A DNA stretch of 64,000 nucleotides, taken from Dehalococcoidia bacterium (GTDB taxonomy: Bacteria; Chloroflexota; Dehalococcoidia; Lucifugimonadales; UBA3495). Under the pieces are notes generated by a model. It made no database searches, was not told the DNA's origin, and saw only the letters and a list, made by a program, of their open reading frames with translations. Shown here piece by piece: positions 33,281 to 42,743 of this stretch. A program made the translations under genes and the position numbers. Positions within the stretch are counted from its first letter, which is position 1. Each line of letters opens with the position of its first letter. The DNA is taken from positions 1,721,399-1,785,398 of the forward strand of contig OY763929.1 in NCBI GenBank assembly GCA_963667675.1, given 5' to 3'.

Positions 33281-33703
33281 ATGACCAGCGCTCCGAGAGG
33301 CCAAGCCCAACGCTACATCCAGGGTATCCAGCGAAACCTGACCCGCCTGGAAGAAATCCTGCGCCGCCTGGAAGCCCAGTCCCCCCAAATCCCTACCCAG
33401 GACGCCCGCAGCGAGCTTCTAAGCCAGGTCCACGTCGCCGGGGCCATGGACCAGCGACGCCTCTTCGAGTTACTCGACCAGCGCGGCATGAGCCACGCCT
33501 GGATCGGCGCTCAGGTCGGCGCTGAATACCTCGACGTTTGGCAAGGCGCCGACGGCCGCACCTGGTATCGCGTTACCCAGCGCGCCGTCCGCGAGCTTTA
33601 CCTGGGCCAGATGGCCACTCTGTCCGGACAGCCTGCCGAGTCCCAGTCGTCCTTCGCCGAAGACTGGGACAGCCAGGAGGACTCCGCCTATGACAGCCTA
33701 TGA
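33281..33703 (+). CDS. Putative type II antitoxin
   Basis: Overlaps the start of a PemK/MazF-like gene; acidic C-terminus SFAEDWDSQEDSAYDSL. Confidence 0.6.
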   Translation: MTSAPRGQAQRYIQGIQRNLTRLEEILRRLEAQSPQIPTQDARSELLSQVHVAGAMDQRRLFELLDQRGMSHAWIGAQVGAEYLDVWQGADGRTWYRVTQRAVRELYLGQMATLSGQPAESQSSFAEDWDSQEDSAYDSL

Positions 33704-34031
33704 TCCCGGCGATTTCGTCCTCGTTCCCTACCCCCTTGACCAGACCAAGGCCGGCCGCCAGCGGCCCGCCCTCGTCATCAGCTCAACCAACTACAACCAG
33801 ACCACCGGCGAGTTGGTCATTGCCCAGGTCACCGGCCGCCTCTCCGCCCATCCCAGGCTCGGCGACTCCCCGGTATTCGATTGGCAACAGTTCAACCTCG
33901 CGTCCACCTCCCTCATCCGCTCCCGCTTGGCCACCGTCAAGGCTTCCCTCGTCATCCGGCGCTTGGGCCAACTCAACCCCGACGACTTTCAAGCCGTGCT
34001 CAAGTCTCTGCACGACTCCATATTCGAGTAA
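33690..34031 (+). CDS. PemK/MazF-family toxin
   Basis: PGDFVLVPYP....G.QRPALVISS..YN..LVIAQVT, SLIR, RRLGQL. Confidence 0.85.
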   Translation: MTAYDPGDFVLVPYPLDQTKAGRQRPALVISSTNYNQTTGELVIAQVTGRLSAHPRLGDSPVFDWQQFNLASTSLIRSRLATVKASLVIRRLGQLNPDDFQAVLKSLHDSIFE

Positions 34032-34088
34032 CTTCATGCCCCCGGCCTCCACGCCATTCTCCATACCCTGCCGCCGTACCAACCTGCT

Positions 34089-34889
34089 ATGCCGCCCAAC
34101 CTAGTCTCTGCAACCCTCCGCCGCGGCCTCTTCACACGCGTCGTCGGCAAGCGCCTGCTCTTCTTCCAGGAGATTTCTTCCACCATGGACGAAGCCTCCC
34201 GCCAGGCCCGGGCCGGATCCGACGAGGGCCTTGTAGTCGTGGCTGAGGTCCAATCGGCCGGTCGCGGCCGTCTCGGCCGCAATTGGGTCTCCAGCCCCGG
34301 CAACCTCTATTTCTCAGTTCTCTTCCGGCCCGCCATGCCGGTACTCCCCATGATTAGCATCCTCGCCGGCGTCGCCATCGTCCGCTCCATCCGCACCTGC
34401 ACCGGTTTGGACCCACGCATCAAGTGGCCCAACGACGTCATGCTCCAGGGCAAGAAGGTCGCCGGCATTCTCGTCGAGACCGCCGTCCAGGGCGACCGGG
34501 TAGACCACGCCGTCCTCGGTATCGGCATCAATATAGACCTTGACCTCGACTCCCTGGGCGACATCCAGGACTTCACCACCAACCTCAACGTCGCCCTCGG
34601 CTCCCCAGTCTCCCGCGAAGACCTCCTCCGCCAACTCCTCCACGACCTTGACGCCCTCTACCACCAGGCAACCCAGGGCGTCGCCGTCCTCCCCGAGTGG
34701 CGGCCTCTTCTCAACACAATCGGCCAGCGCGTCCAAACCTACGGCCGGACCCCATCCCACACCGGCGTCGCCGAAGACGTCGATGACCTCGGCAACCTCC
34801 TACTGCGCCTGGACGACGGCTCCCTAGTCACCCTAACCGCCGGCGACGTCTCACTCACACACCCCAATAGAGAGGACTCCCATGCTTGA
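34089..34889 (+). CDS. birA: Biotin--[acetyl-CoA carboxylase] ligase without HTH domain
   Basis: SSTMD, QSAGRGRLGRNW, KWPND, KVAGILVE, GIGIN. Confidence 0.95.
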   Translation: MPPNLVSATLRRGLFTRVVGKRLLFFQEISSTMDEASRQARAGSDEGLVVVAEVQSAGRGRLGRNWVSSPGNLYFSVLFRPAMPVLPMISILAGVAIVRSIRTCTGLDPRIKWPNDVMLQGKKVAGILVETAVQGDRVDHAVLGIGINIDLDLDSLGDIQDFTTNLNVALGSPVSREDLLRQLLHDLDALYHQATQGVAVLPEWRPLLNTIGQRVQTYGRTPSHTGVAEDVDDLGNLLLRLDDGSLVTLTAGDVSLTHPNREDSHA

Positions 34890-35694
34890 AACACTCAGAC
34901 TGGAAGGCAAGTCCATAATCATCACCGGCGGCGGCACCGGCCTCGGCCTCGCCATGGTCCGCGCCCTCGCCCGCGCCGGCGCAGACCTCTGCATCGCCGG
35001 CCGTCGCCCCGAACCCATCCAGGCCGCCGCCCAAGAGGTCCAGTCCTTGGGCCGCCAAGCCATCTCCGTCCCCACCGACGTAACCGACTCCGCCCAGGTC
35101 GACAGCCTGGTCTCTGCCGCCATCGACCACTTCGGCCGCATTGACGTCCTCATCAACAACGCCGGCGCAGCCAACAATGAAAACCTCCGCAGGCCCATTT
35201 GGGACATCACAGACGACGACTGGCATCGGCTCATGAACGTCAACCTCACCGGCGCTTTCTACTGCTCCCGCGCCGTCTCCCGCCCCATGGTCGATCAGGG
35301 CCACGGCAAGATCGTCAACGTCGCCTCCGGCTTCGCTCTCCGCGGCGGCCGCGACATCTACATGTACTGCTGCAGCAAGGGCGGCATGCTCCAACTCACC
35401 CGCTCCCTTTCCTTCAACCTTGCCCGCAGCGGCGTCACCGCAAACACCATCGTTCCCGGCTTCATACCCACCGACATTTTCGCCGGAGACGAACGCGGTA
35501 TGACCCCGCGGTCAGGCGAATTTCTCCCCATTGGCAAGCTCGGCGCCCCCGAAGACATGGGACCAATCGCCGTCTTTCTTGCTTCCGACGCCTCGGACTA
35601 TATGACCGGCGAGATGATAGTCGCCGACGGCGGCGGCCTGGCCGGCGGCATAGCCCCCACCGGTCATGCTCCCGTCCAAGCTCTGGAACCCTAG
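34882..35694 (+). CDS. SDR family oxidoreductase
   Basis: TGGGTGLG, NNAG, YCCSK. Confidence 0.92.
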   Translation: MLETLRLEGKSIIITGGGTGLGLAMVRALARAGADLCIAGRRPEPIQAAAQEVQSLGRQAISVPTDVTDSAQVDSLVSAAIDHFGRIDVLINNAGAANNENLRRPIWDITDDDWHRLMNVNLTGAFYCSRAVSRPMVDQGHGKIVNVASGFALRGGRDIYMYCCSKGGMLQLTRSLSFNLARSGVTANTIVPGFIPTDIFAGDERGMTPRSGEFLPIGKLGAPEDMGPIAVFLASDASDYMTGEMIVADGGGLAGGIAPTGHAPVQALEP

Positions 35695-35743
35695 CCGGTC
35701 GCCGCACACCCTATCCCAGCCCCTTTACATAAGGAGACCCACC

Positions 35744-36511
35744 ATGCCAGTGCCTCCCGAATTCAGCCTCTCCGGCCGTGTCGCCGTCCTCCACACCACC
35801 GGCGGCGACCATGCCCCGTTCTTTGCCCAAGCCCTCGCTGAGGCTGGCGCCTTCGTCTTCACCATCGCCCGCCGCCAGGAGCTTCTCGACCCGGTACTGC
35901 AAGCCCTGGAATCCCATCCCGCAGACCACCGCGGTGCTGTCGCCGACATAGGCCGCAATGGGCCAACTGCCGTAGCAGAAGCAATGGCATCCTTTGACCA
36001 ACTCGATAAACCCGTGGACATCCTCGTCAACGACACCCGCAGCCTGCATGCTGGCCCTTTGGATGCCGTCACCCCTGACGAATGGGATGAACTCCACTCC
36101 CGCAACCTCCGCTCCACCTTTTTCCTCACCCAGGAGGTTGCCCGCCGCATGCTGGACCGTGAGTACGGCCGCATCGTCAACATCGTCTCCATACTCGCCG
36201 AACGCGGCATGGCTAACAGCACCGCATTTGCATCCACCCAGGCCGGCCTCCTGTCCCTCACCAAGTGCCTGGCCCTGGAACTAGGCCGCTCCAACATTCG
36301 CGTCAACGCCCTTGGCCTCGGCTGGTTCACCACCGACGACCTGCCCTTGGAAGAACAGCAGCAGGAACTCCTCGTCCGCTTCACCCCACTTCGCCGCAAG
36401 GGCCACCCCCGCGATGTAGGCCCCCTCCTCGTCTACCTCTGCTCCGAAGCCTGCGAATACGCTACCGGACAGCCCGTCTACGTCGACGGCGGCCTCAACG
36501 CCCACCCCTGA
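35744..36511 (+). CDS. SDR-fold protein with degenerate catalytic motifs
   Basis: GRIVNIVS, IRVNALG, TGQPVYVDGG retained; TGxxxGxG, NNAG and YxxxK replaced (HTTGGDHA, NDTR, FASTQ). Confidence 0.8.
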   Translation: MPVPPEFSLSGRVAVLHTTGGDHAPFFAQALAEAGAFVFTIARRQELLDPVLQALESHPADHRGAVADIGRNGPTAVAEAMASFDQLDKPVDILVNDTRSLHAGPLDAVTPDEWDELHSRNLRSTFFLTQEVARRMLDREYGRIVNIVSILAERGMANSTAFASTQAGLLSLTKCLALELGRSNIRVNALGLGWFTTDDLPLEEQQQELLVRFTPLRRKGHPRDVGPLLVYLCSEACEYATGQPVYVDGGLNAHP

Positions 36512-36559
36512 TGTAATTGATGCCTCCCATACCCTGCTGTACAATATTCGCCAATCGCC

Positions 36560-38005
36560 ATGCAACGTGAACCTGCCACAATCCTATCCCGCCTGAGGGG
36601 AATGCAGGACGTATCCCACCAGAGGCGGCGCATAAAGCGCAGCCTCCAGGACAGCTTGTCCGACTTAATGGCCGGATTCGGATACCTCCCATTGGAAACC
36701 CCCGTCCTCGAGCCCACCGAGCTATTCCTCCGCAAGTCCGGCGGCGAGCTAGCCTCGCGCCTCTATAGCTTCACCGACCCCGGCGGCGTCTCTGTCAGCC
36801 TCCGCCCAGAGTTCACCTCCTCCATCATGCGCCACTACCTGGAGAAAGCATCCAACCTAGACCTCCCCGCTCGCTGGCAATACTCCGGCCACGTCTTCCG
36901 CCACGACCCTTCAGACCCTCAGACCGGCGGCCAGTTCACCCAGATCGGCGCAGAATTGGTCGGCGCTTCCGGCGTCCTCGCCGATGTCGAAGTCCTCGGA
37001 TTGGCCTGCCTTGGCCTCTCCACTCTGGGCGTTGAAGGCTGGCAACTCGAACTCTCTGACCTGGACGTCATGGACGGCATCCTTGATGCCGTTGGCGTCT
37101 CCCAACGGGCCAGGTCCTTCATTATCAGCAACGCCCACCACCTCAGCGCCGGACGTTCTGCAGTCCCGGACGTCCTCACCGAAGCGTCCCGCTGGCGCCT
37201 CACCGGCAGCAACGGAGACGACCAGTACCTGAGTCAGGCCATCTCCGGCCTCGATGAAGCCGAGGCCAGGGTGGTGCTCAACGGCCTCCTCCAATGGGGC
37301 GGCGCCCCCCAAATGGGGCAGCGTCAGCCCGACGAGGTCGTAGACCGCCTCCTGCGCAAGCTGCGCGGCCTCGACACCGAGGCCAACCTACGCCGCGGCC
37401 TTGAACTGGCCAGCGACCTCGCCTCTGTGCGCGGCAGTCCGGCCGATGCCCTCGATGCCGCCGCCGCGGTGGTCAAAGCCGCCGGTGCAGACGGGGCGGC
37501 CCTCGACCGCCTTTCCCAACTTCTCGACCTACTCTCCGGCCATGCCGAAATCGCCAACGCCTGCGTCCTCAATTTCGGCCTCGTTCGGGGACTGGGTTAC
37601 TATAATGGCATCGTGTTCGAGCTTAATCACCCGGCATCCGGCGTGTCCCTTGGCGGCGGCGGCCGCTACGATGCCCTGGCCCAGTCCCTTGGCAACCCTG
37701 GACCCGTTCCCGCCCTCGGCTTTGCCTACAATCTCGAGTCCCTGATTGCCCTTTCCGGCGAATCAACCGGCGACTCCGGCCCTGCGACGCCCCGGCCCCA
37801 GGCCCTGGTCATCGCCGACGGGCCCGAAAGCTACGCCGACGCCCTGACCGCCTCCCAGGAACTTCGCTCCCAGGGAGTGCCCAACCAGTTGGACGTCGAC
37901 GGCCTAGAATTACAGCAGGCCTTGGACTACGCCAGGAAGCAGGAAATCCCCCAGGTCATCGTCATACGCCTCGGCGGACATCGCGAGACCCATGCAGCCG
38001 ACTGA
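36560..38005 (+). CDS. hisZ: ATP phosphoribosyltransferase regulatory subunit (HisRS paralog)
   Basis: LRPEFT, QFTQIGAEL, RGLGYYNG, GGGRYD; motif-3 Arg absent (YNLESL); overlaps hisG. Confidence 0.8.
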   Translation: MQREPATILSRLRGMQDVSHQRRRIKRSLQDSLSDLMAGFGYLPLETPVLEPTELFLRKSGGELASRLYSFTDPGGVSVSLRPEFTSSIMRHYLEKASNLDLPARWQYSGHVFRHDPSDPQTGGQFTQIGAELVGASGVLADVEVLGLACLGLSTLGVEGWQLELSDLDVMDGILDAVGVSQRARSFIISNAHHLSAGRSAVPDVLTEASRWRLTGSNGDDQYLSQAISGLDEAEARVVLNGLLQWGGAPQMGQRQPDEVVDRLLRKLRGLDTEANLRRGLELASDLASVRGSPADALDAAAAVVKAAGADGAALDRLSQLLDLLSGHAEIANACVLNFGLVRGLGYYNGIVFELNHPASGVSLGGGGRYDALAQSLGNPGPVPALGFAYNLESLIALSGESTGDSGPATPRPQALVIADGPESYADALTASQELRSQGVPNQLDVDGLELQQALDYARKQEIPQVIVIRLGGHRETHAAD

Positions 38006-39038
38006 TTCCCAGGCCAACGGCGCCTCCTCTTCCGGCGCCGCCCTCAGGCTACTGTTGCCCAGCGACGGGGCCCTATACCAGGGCGCTCTCGACTTCATGC
38101 GGGACTGCGGCCTCAACGTCCTGCGCGCCAGTGCCCGCAGCTATACCGGCCAGGTCCCCTCTTTGGCCGGTGTCGAGGTCCTTTTCCAGCGCACCTCCGA
38201 CATAACCGGGAAGGTCGAGGAAGGCAGCGCCGACCTTGGCATCACCGGCCTCGACCGCCTCCTTGAGTACCGCAACGACGAACAGCGCGTCGTCTCCCTC
38301 ATCGACGATCTCCACTTCGGCCGTTGCGAGCTTGTCCTTGCCGTGCCCTCCTTCTGGCTCGACGTTACCTCCGTCGCCGATCTCGCCGATCTCGCCCTCG
38401 AGTTCCGCCAGGCCGGCAAGCAATTGCGCATCGCCAACAAGTACCCTCGCCTCCTCCGCCGCTACCTCTTCGACCGGGGCATCAACTACTTTACCCTCGT
38501 CCCAGCATCCGGCTCCCTCGAGGCCGCGCCCGCCGCCGGTTACGCCGACCTCATCGCCGATATCACCGCCACCGGTGCAACCCTGCGCGAAAACCGCCTT
38601 AAGCCTCTCGAAGAAGGCACCATCCTCGCCTCCCAGGCCTGCCTCATCGGCAACACCGCCGCCCTGACCCGCAACCCCGATACCCTCCAGGTTGCCCGCT
38701 CCATGCTCGAACTCATGGAAGCCCACCTCCAGGCCGGCCCCTTCTACCGCCTTACCGCCAACGTCCGGGGTGCGTCCGCAGCCGAGGTCAGCGCCGCCAT
38801 CCTCGCCCGCCCCGATGTCTCCGGCCTGCGCGGCCCCACCGTTGCCAGGGTCTACAACATCCAGGAGCAGGACTGGCACAGCGTCAGCCTCCTGGTCAGA
38901 AAAGAAAAACTCTTGGAGGCCGTAGATCACCTGCGCGACTGCGGCGCCGTCGACATCGCCTCCTACCGCGTCAGCTATCTATTCGACGGCCATTCCCAGG
39001 CATATCACAACCTTTTTGAGGGCGGCCCCGGACCGTGA
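37992..39038 (+). CDS. hisG: ATP phosphoribosyltransferase, long form
   Basis: ADLGITGLD, L.FGRC.L, ANKYP, GSLEAAP..G.AD.IADI..TG.TLREN.L; C-terminal regulatory domain (GLRGPTV). Confidence 0.93.
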   Translation: MQPTDSQANGASSSGAALRLLLPSDGALYQGALDFMRDCGLNVLRASARSYTGQVPSLAGVEVLFQRTSDITGKVEEGSADLGITGLDRLLEYRNDEQRVVSLIDDLHFGRCELVLAVPSFWLDVTSVADLADLALEFRQAGKQLRIANKYPRLLRRYLFDRGINYFTLVPASGSLEAAPAAGYADLIADITATGATLRENRLKPLEEGTILASQACLIGNTAALTRNPDTLQVARSMLELMEAHLQAGPFYRLTANVRGASAAEVSAAILARPDVSGLRGPTVARVYNIQEQDWHSVSLLVRKEKLLEAVDHLRDCGAVDIASYRVSYLFDGHSQAYHNLFEGGPGP

Positions 39039-39065
39039 ACCGGCCGTCTGCCCGCGCCTGCCAAC

Positions 39066-39839
39066 ATGCCTAACCTGCCCATGCACATATACCTCGCCAA
39101 GTGCGTCGCCGACCGCCTCGACTGGGGTTGGCTCAACGACCATGCCCCCAGCCTATACTTGGGATCCACCGCACCCGACGTACGCGCCATGACAAAGTGG
39201 CCCCGCGAGCGCACCCACTTCGCCCCCCTCTCTTTCGGCGAGGTAGGCGCCGGGCCAGCCGCCATGTTCAAGCTCCATCCCGGCCTCGCCGGCTCCAACT
39301 GCCCGTCCCACGCCACCCGCGCCTTCCTCGTCGGCTACGTCAGCCACCTGGTCGCCGACGAGTCCTGGATTTCCAACGTCTTCCGCCCCAACTTCGCCCC
39401 CCCGCCCGGCAGCCCCGCCGCGGTCGACACCGAACTGCAAGGCCACATCTATGATCGGACCCTCCAGTTGGATATGGACCGCACCGTCTTGACCGTGGTA
39501 GGCGGCCTCCTCAACAACGGTCAGTCTTGGGACGACGCCCCCGTCGGCGTCGATGTCGAATTCTTGGACCGCGACACCCTCTCCCAATGGTCCGAATGGG
39601 TGTCCCGTTTCCTCACCTGGGAATTTAGCTGGGACCGCCTGAAGCGCGCCCTCAACCGCATGTACCGCGACGACCAGGCCGTTCAGGACACCGTCGCCGC
39701 CTTCATCGAAGACATGCCCGCCAGCCTCGACCGCGTCTACAGCAAAATACCCCAGGTCGCCATCGAGGCCTACTTCCAAGGAGCCCTCAAAGAGACCCTC
39801 GTCCAGGTTCGCGAGCGTTGGGACGATACCCAAACCTAG
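39066..39839 (+). CDS. Zinc-dependent phospholipase C/P1-nuclease-like family protein
   Basis: MP...MH at N-terminus, YLGSTAPD, THF, GYVSHLVAD, H...D. Confidence 0.7.
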   Translation: MPNLPMHIYLAKCVADRLDWGWLNDHAPSLYLGSTAPDVRAMTKWPRERTHFAPLSFGEVGAGPAAMFKLHPGLAGSNCPSHATRAFLVGYVSHLVADESWISNVFRPNFAPPPGSPAAVDTELQGHIYDRTLQLDMDRTVLTVVGGLLNNGQSWDDAPVGVDVEFLDRDTLSQWSEWVSRFLTWEFSWDRLKRALNRMYRDDQAVQDTVAAFIEDMPASLDRVYSKIPQVAIEAYFQGALKETLVQVRERWDDTQT

Positions 39840-39937
39840 CCAACTGCCCCCTTCAAGCCTCTCGCCAACCCGCCGCCCGCAGGACTATAATCTCTAAGTC
39901 GCACAATTTAGCCCTTTCCCCATAGGGACTATCCAAA

Positions 39938-41284
39938 TTGAAGCTTAAGAAAATCCAGGGCAGCCAGGATGTCGCCCAGATTCTCGACCGGGTAGACCCC
40001 CTCGACTTGTCCTCCCTCCCCGACTCCGTCTTGGAGCGCACCCGCCAGGTATTCGGCCCCGGCGTCACTCCCGCTCAGTCCGTGGTCGCCATCCTTGAAG
40101 ACGTACGCCGCGAAGGCGACGCCGCCGTCCGCCGCTACGCCAAGGCCCTGGACGGCATCGACCTCGAGACCACTTTGGTCAGCCCCGAGCAGGTCACCGA
40201 CGCGGCTTCCCAGGTCTCCCCGCACGTCCGCCAGGCCTTAGAACTCGCCGCCCAGCGCGTCGAGGACTTCCACCAGTCCGTCATGCCTCGCGGCTTCATG
40301 GATGAAACCCAGGGCCTCGGCCAGCTCATACGACCCCTGGACCGTGTCGGCCTCTACGCCCCCGGCGGGGCCGCTGCCTATCCTTCTACCGTGCTAATGA
40401 CCGCCATACCGGCCCGGGTCGCTGGAGTGGGCGAAATCATCCTCGCCACTCCTCGCAAAGCCGGCCAGCCCCTCAATCCCGCCGTCATGGCCGCCGCTCA
40501 AATCGCCGGCGTCGATTCCGTCTACCAAGTCGGCGGCGTCCCCGCTATCGCCGCCATGGCCTACGGTACCGAGTCCGTACCCAAGGTCGACAAGATTTGC
40601 GGCCCCGGCAACATATTCGTTGCCTACGCCAAGCAGCTTGTCCAGTCCGTCGTCGGCACCGACGGCATCTTCGGCCCTACCGAGACCATCGTCATCGCCG
40701 ACGACAGCGCCGACCCCGCCTATTGCGCCGCCGACCTCATCGGCCAGGCCGAGCACGACCCCCTGGCCACCGCCATCCTGATTACCGACTCCCCTTCCCT
40801 GGTCCGACAGATAGAGGACGAACTTGACCGGCAGATCGCCTCCCTGCCCAGCGCCGGCGTCGCCTTGGAAGCCCTCCAACGCCAGGGCCGGGTCATCATC
40901 GTCGACGACATCGAACAGGCCGTTGACCTGGCCGACCGCATCGCCCCCGAACACCTTTGCCTGATGCTCCAGGACCCCTGGCCCTGGGCCCAGCGCGTCA
41001 AGCACGCCGGCGGCCTCTTCCTCGGGATGTATTCTCCCGAGGTAATGGGCGACTACATCGCCGGCCCCAGTCACGTAATGCCCACCGGCGGCACCGCTCG
41101 CTTTAGTTCTGCCCTCGGCGTAAACCAGTTCCTCCGCACCATGCCCGTCGTCGGCCTCAGCCCCGACGACTTTCGACGTCTGGGCCCAGCCGCCGTTCAC
41201 ATCGCCGAGACCGAAGGCCTCAGTGCCCACGCCGGAGCCGTCCAGGTAAGATTGGACCGCCTCGGCTCGCCGGCGTCGGAGTGA
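39938..41284 (+). CDS. hisD: Histidinol dehydrogenase
   Basis: GLYAPGG.AAYPSTVLM, KICGPGN, QAEHD, APEHL, GDYIAGPSHVMPT. Confidence 0.97.
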   Translation: MKLKKIQGSQDVAQILDRVDPLDLSSLPDSVLERTRQVFGPGVTPAQSVVAILEDVRREGDAAVRRYAKALDGIDLETTLVSPEQVTDAASQVSPHVRQALELAAQRVEDFHQSVMPRGFMDETQGLGQLIRPLDRVGLYAPGGAAAYPSTVLMTAIPARVAGVGEIILATPRKAGQPLNPAVMAAAQIAGVDSVYQVGGVPAIAAMAYGTESVPKVDKICGPGNIFVAYAKQLVQSVVGTDGIFGPTETIVIADDSADPAYCAADLIGQAEHDPLATAILITDSPSLVRQIEDELDRQIASLPSAGVALEALQRQGRVIIVDDIEQAVDLADRIAPEHLCLMLQDPWPWAQRVKHAGGLFLGMYSPEVMGDYIAGPSHVMPTGGTARFSSALGVNQFLRTMPVVGLSPDDFRRLGPAAVHIAETEGLSAHAGAVQVRLDRLGSPASE

Positions 41285-41290
41285 CCCGCC

Positions 41291-42391
41291 GTGAAGACCG
41301 CCGTCGACCTTGACAAGTTGCTGCTTCCCCACATCCGGGGCCTCGAGCGGTATCAGGGCGTCGCCTCCATGGATTCCATGGCTTCCCAGTCCGGCATTCC
41401 CGCCGATAAGGTCATACGCCTCAACGGCAACGAAAACCCCTTCGGCCCCTCCCCCAAGGCCGTCGAGGCCCTCGGCGACTTCCCAAACTACAACCACTAC
41501 CCCGACCAGGACCAGACAAAGCTCCGGCAGGTCCTGTCAGACTACGTCGGCTTCCCCCCCGACCGCATCGTCGTCGGCAACGGCAGCGACGAAATTATCG
41601 ACCTGCTCATGCGCATGTTTCTCGGCACCGGAGAAAACGTCGTCATTCCCTCACCCACCTTTGGAATGTACGCCGTCTCCGCCGCCATCAATGGCGGTCA
41701 GGCCGTCTCAGTTCCCCTCGACGAAAACTTTGACCTCGACGTTGCCGCCATGCTCCGCGCCGTCACTCCCAAGACCAAGGGATTTTTCGTTCCGTCTCCC
41801 AATAACCCCACCGGTAATCTGGTCTCCGAGTCCCACGTCCGCTCCCTTCTCGACACCGGCCTCTTGGTCGTAATGGACGAAGCCTACTACGAGTTTTGCG
41901 GGGTTACCTTCCTACCCCTTCTTGAAGACCACCCCAATCTCGTGGTCATCCGCTCCTTCAGCAAGTGGGCCGGCCTTGCCGGCCTCCGCGTCGGCTTTGG
42001 CGTCATGCACCCCGAAATCGCCCTCACCATGTTCAGCGTCAAGCCGCCCTACAACGTCACCCAGGCCGCCGAGGTTGCCCTTATAGCCTCCCTGGAAGAC
42101 CGGCCCGTTCTCATGGAACGCGTCCGCGAAATAGCCGCCGAGCGCGACCGCATGACCGGCCTCCTTAACGACGTCCCCGGAATAAAGGCTTGGCCTTCCC
42201 AGGCCAACTTCATCCTTATCCAACTCCCCAACCGACGGGGCAAGGAGATTTACGACGGCCTCTGCCGCCGCGGCATCTTCCTCCGCAACTACGACTCCCC
42301 GCGGCTCCAGGACCACCTACGAGCCAGCGTCGGCTTCCCCGCAGAAACCGACGCCGTAGTCTCCGCCCTCTCCACCCTGGTGAAACCATGA
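41291..42391 (+). CDS. hisC: Histidinol-phosphate aminotransferase
   Basis: LNGNENPFGP, GNGSDE, SPNNPTG, DEAY, RSFSKWAGLAGLRVG. Confidence 0.95.
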   Translation: MKTAVDLDKLLLPHIRGLERYQGVASMDSMASQSGIPADKVIRLNGNENPFGPSPKAVEALGDFPNYNHYPDQDQTKLRQVLSDYVGFPPDRIVVGNGSDEIIDLLMRMFLGTGENVVIPSPTFGMYAVSAAINGGQAVSVPLDENFDLDVAAMLRAVTPKTKGFFVPSPNNPTGNLVSESHVRSLLDTGLLVVMDEAYYEFCGVTFLPLLEDHPNLVVIRSFSKWAGLAGLRVGFGVMHPEIALTMFSVKPPYNVTQAAEVALIASLEDRPVLMERVREIAAERDRMTGLLNDVPGIKAWPSQANFILIQLPNRRGKEIYDGLCRRGIFLRNYDSPRLQDHLRASVGFPAETDAVVSALSTLVKP

Positions 42392-42743
42392 CCCAACACC
42401 AGGCCCCCAATCTGTCATTCCCGCCCCCAACCCGTCATTCCGAGCGAAGCCGAGGAATCTCAAATCCCTCGCTACCAGCCAAGTTTGGCTCTCTCCCAAA
42501 GCACTCAGTCCCGCCCGTTACCCGTCATTCCCGCGCAGGCGGGAATCTCGCGCCCCAAACCACACATCCCCTCGCACAAAGGCCATCGCATAGCCCGGGC
42601 AAGGGCTGGTCGTTCGTCCTGAGGGAAATCGAAGGGGGAACGGCCAGCCACGGTTGTGCTCAGGTCTCCACTTCACGACCACCTGAGTCAACCGTCTCCC
42701 AAACCGTCCAATTCCCGCTAACCTGGTGAAACCATGACCCAAC
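42376..42743. repeat. Composite REP-like insert bounded by a 22-bp direct repeat
   Basis: CCTGGTGAAACCATGACCCAAC at 42376-42397 and 42722-42743; palindromes A (42434-42460), B (42524-42548), C (42604-42649) inside. Confidence 0.85.

Noticed and set aside
42190-42729. 179-aa ORF across the hisC-hisB spacer
   Set aside because: Translation of REP-like palindromes (RHSERSRGIS, RHSRAGGNL, FVLREIEG); not a credible protein
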